From NCBI GenBank assembly GCA_963728205.1, contig CAVSIV010000006.1:1280001-1344000 (forward strand): a stretch of DNA of 64,000 nt, written 5' to 3'. Below, in pieces: positions 61,391-64,000 of the stretch. Numbering within the stretch: the first letter of the stretch is position 1; every line of letters starts with the position of its first letter. This stretch comes from an uncultured Chloroflexia bacterium (GTDB lineage: Bacteria; Chloroflexota; Dehalococcoidia; UBA2979). Both the position numbers and the translations under genes were made by a program. Under the pieces are notes generated by a model. The model made no database searches. It was not told where the DNA came from and saw only the letters and a program-made list of their open reading frames with translations.

Positions 61391-64000
61391 ATGCGCCGCC
61401 GCAAGCGGCTCATCCGATGGCTGCCCCTGCTGGCCGCGCCGATCGGCGTCCTCGCGGCCGTCTTCGCGTACGCGTTCTTCGTGCCCATCGCGCCGCTCGC
61501 CGCGCGCGCCGCCGCGCCGGGCGCCGTCGTCCTCGACGCCCACGGCGCCATCCTCGACCGCGACGTCTCGCAGGGGACCCGCATCCCCGTCGCGCTCGAC
61601 CGGGTCGCGCCGTCGATGGCGCAGGCGACCGTCGCCGCCGAGGACCGCCGCTTCTGGATCCACCCCGGCTTCGACCCGCTCGCGATGCTGCGCGCCGCCG
61701 TCCACCTGCCTTCGCACCCCACCGGCGCGTCGACCATCACCCAGCAGCTCGCGCGCCGGCTCTACTTGGCCGACCAGTCGCCGCCGCTCCCGCTGCGCAA
61801 GGCGCGCGAGATCCTGGTCGCCATCCGGCTCGAGGCGCGGTACTCGAAGGCCGACATCCTCGACGCCTACCTGAACGACGTCTACTACGGGCGCGGGGCG
61901 TACGGCGTGGAGGCCGCCGCGCGCGTCTACTTCGGCGTGAGCGCCGCTGACCTCAGCGTTGCGCAGTCCGCGTTCCTCGCTGGCCTGCCGCAGCTGCCGT
62001 CGCGCTACGACTCCGCCGCCGACCCCGCGCCGGCGCTCGCCCGCCAGCGCTACGTCCTCGACCGCATGGTCGCGACCGGCGCCATCGACCGCGCGCAGGC
62101 CGACGCCGCCGCGACCGCCGACCTCCGCCCCATCCCCGCGGCGCCCGCCGACCCCGCGCCGCAGTTCGTGCAGATGGTGCGCGACGAGCTCGCGCAGGTA
62201 GCGCCGGGGCTCGACGGGCGGCGCGACCTCGTGATCGAGACGACGCTCGACGCCGGCCTGCAGGCCGAGGCCCTGCGCTCCGCGGAGGTGCGCCTCGTGC
62301 GGATCGCCGACCACGACGCGCACGACGCGGCCGTCGTCGTGCTCGACCCGCGCACCGGCGCCGTGCTCGCGCTCGTCGGCAACGCGCGCTCCGACGACCC
62401 GCGCACCGGCGACCTCAACCTCGCGCTCGCGACGCGGCAGCCCGGCTCCGCGCTCAAGCCGTTCCTCTACGCGACCGCGTTCGAGCACGGGTACACGCCG
62501 GCCACGCCCGTGCTCGACGTTCCCACCACGTTCCAGACCCCGTCGGGCCCGTACGCGCCCAACGACTACGACATGCTGTTCCGCGGCCCCGTCCCGGTGC
62601 GCGTCGCGCTGGCGTCGTCGCTCAACGTGCCGGCCGTGCGCACGCTCGACGCCGTCGGCGTCGACGCGTTCCTCGCGACCGCGCACCGCTTCGGGCTGAC
62701 GTCGCTCAGCGCGAGCGAGGCGTACGGGCTCGCGATTGCCCTGGGCGGCGGCGACGTGCGGCTGCTCGACCTCACCGCCGCGTACGGCGCGCTCGCGAAC
62801 CAGGGCGTGCGCGTCGCGCCGTACACGATTGCGCGCGTGCTCGACGGCCGCGGCAACGTCCTCTACCGGCGGCCGGCGCCGCAGCCGGTGCGCGTGCTCT
62901 CGGAGCAGGACGCGTTCCTCGTGAGCAACATCCTCAGCGACCCCGTCGCGCGCGAGCCCGGCTTCGGCGCGGGGTCCGTGCTCGACACGCCGCTCGGCGC
63001 CGCCGTGAAGACCGGCACGAGCAGCGACTGGCGTGACAACTGGACGCTCGGCTACACGCCCGAGCGGGTCGTCGGTGTGTGGGTCGGCAACGCCGACGGC
63101 GCGCCGATGGTCGACGTCTCGGGCGTGAGCGGCGCCGGCCCGATCTGGCGTGACGTGATCACCGACGCGATGCAGGGCGTGCCGAACGCGCCGTTCGCGC
63201 CGCCGCCCGGCGTGGAGCAGGTGCGCGTGTGCTCGCGCACCGGCCTGCTCCCCGGCCCCGACTGCGCGACCACGAGCGTCGAGTGGTTCGTCGACGGCAC
63301 GGCCCCGACGCAGCGCGAGACGTACTACGTCGCCGCCGTGACGCCGGGCTCGCCCGACGTCGCGCCACCCGCGGCCGCGCGCCCGTGGGCGCTGGACGCC
63401 GGGATGACGCTGGCGGGGAGCGGCGCGACACCGCAGCGCACCGCGGGCGTGCCGCCCGCGGCCGGCGCCGGCGGGGCAACGGCGGGCACGACACCGCAGC
63501 GCACCGCGGGCGTGCCGCCCGCGGCTGGCGCCGCCGCCACGCTGGGCGCGACACCGCAGCGCACCGCGGGCGTGCCGCCCGCGGCCGGCGCCGGCGCGAC
63601 ACCGCAGCGCACCGCGGGCGTGCCGCCCGCGGCTGGCGCCGGCGCGACACCGCAGCGCACCGCGGGCGTGCCGCCCGCGGGTGGCGCCGGCGGGGCAACG
63701 GCGCACGCTGCCACCGCCGGCGGCGCGCCAGCCGCCGGCGTGGACGCCGACGGTGCGCCGACGGCCGCCGTGCCGCCTGCCGTACCGCCGGCAGCATGGA
63801 CCGGCGCACCGCCCGGCGCACCGCCGGCGGCTGGCCTGGCGCCCGCCGCCAGCGGCGGTGGTGTGCCCGCCAACGCCCGCGCCGCCGGCGGTGCGCCGGC
63901 GGACGCGCGCACGGTCGCGATTGTCGAACCCGCCGACGGCACCGTCCTCTTCGTCGCGCCCGAGCTGCGCGACCAGCAGCTGTGGCTGCGCGCGTCGGTG
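61391..64000 (+). CDS. pbpC: penicillin-binding protein 1C-like bifunctional transglycosylase/transpeptidase (partial, runs off the window edge)
   Basis: Manual translation: MRRRKRLIRW plus TM; EDRRFWIHPGFD, GASTITQQLAR, RKARE, YLNDVYYG, RQPGSALKPF, SLN, KTGT. Not in the ORF track. Confidence 0.88.
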   Translation, partial: MRRRKRLIRWLPLLAAPIGVLAAVFAYAFFVPIAPLAARAAAPGAVVLDAHGAILDRDVSQGTRIPVALDRVAPSMAQATVAAEDRRFWIHPGFDPLAMLRAAVHLPSHPTGASTITQQLARRLYLADQSPPLPLRKAREILVAIRLEARYSKADILDAYLNDVYYGRGAYGVEAAARVYFGVSAADLSVAQSAFLAGLPQLPSRYDSAADPAPALARQRYVLDRMVATGAIDRAQADAAATADLRPIPAAPADPAPQFVQMVRDELAQVAPGLDGRRDLVIETTLDAGLQAEALRSAEVRLVRIADHDAHDAAVVVLDPRTGAVLALVGNARSDDPRTGDLNLALATRQPGSALKPFLYATAFEHGYTPATPVLDVPTTFQTPSGPYAPNDYDMLFRGPVPVRVALASSLNVPAVRTLDAVGVDAFLATAHRFGLTSLSASEAYGLAIALGGGDVRLLDLTAAYGALANQGVRVAPYTIARVLDGRGNVLYRRPAPQPVRVLSEQDAFLVSNILSDPVAREPGFGAGSVLDTPLGAAVKTGTSSDWRDNWTLGYTPERVVGVWVGNADGAPMVDVSGVSGAGPIWRDVITDAMQGVPNAPFAPPPGVEQVRVCSRTGLLPGPDCATTSVEWFVDGTAPTQRETYYVAAVTPGSPDVAPPAAARPWALDAGMTLAGSGATPQRTAGVPPAAGAGGATAGTTPQRTAGVPPAAGAAATLGATPQRTAGVPPAAGAGATPQRTAGVPPAAGAGATPQRTAGVPPAGGAGGATAHAATAGGAPAAGVDADGAPTAAVPPAVPPAAWTGAPPGAPPAAGLAPAASGGGVPANARAAGGAPADARTVAIVEPADGTVLFVAPELRDQQLWLRASV
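63422..63700 (+). repeat. five copies of a ~48-bp coding repeat with a CCGCGGGC-N5-GCCCGCGG hairpin inside pbpC
   Basis: GACACCGCAGCGCACCGCGGGCGTGCCGCCCGCGG repeated 5 times; encodes ATPQRTAGVPPAAGA. Confidence 0.88.

Noticed and set aside
63422-63700. CRISPR array in pbpC
   Set aside because: Inter-repeat segments are short, related to each other and in frame within a PBP gene.
10878-64000. Additional UGA-recoded selenoproteins
   Set aside because: The other TGA stops I inspected fall at natural C-termini and not at Cys motifs; the check was not exhaustive.

Overview
Very GC-rich bacterial chromosomal window. The gene content resembles Chloroflexota/Dehalococcoidia (inferred from orphan Tat-lipoprotein family-5 SBPs and many acyl-CoA dehydrogenases and CoA transferases). 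From left to right: (1) a SAM-cycle/methionine-salvage cluster (metK partial, ahcY, GNAT, mtnP, mtnA, apt), then a methyltransferase and plsX; (2) a redox module made of a CsoR-family repressor, trxA and a ferredoxin:thioredoxin reductase catalytic subunit whose CHC motif reads C-H-TGA and is followed by a SECIS-like hairpin, i.e. a probable selenoprotein, with tRNA-Sec (selC) 3.6 kb away; (3) a lower-GC accessory stretch downstream of selC; (4) a two-gene module (small basic protein plus convergent HDOD protein) present twice, 31 kb apart; (5) acyl-CoA catabolic clusters, tandem SBPs, small housekeeping/detox genes including an archaeal-type PPAT, chrA and a partial pbpC. A family of CGTC-tagged REP-like palindromes sits in intergenic regions, and palindromic tandem repeats are embedded in two coding sequences. 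About seven single-base frameshifts suggest long-read indel errors. All calls come from motif recognition by eye; no searches were run.
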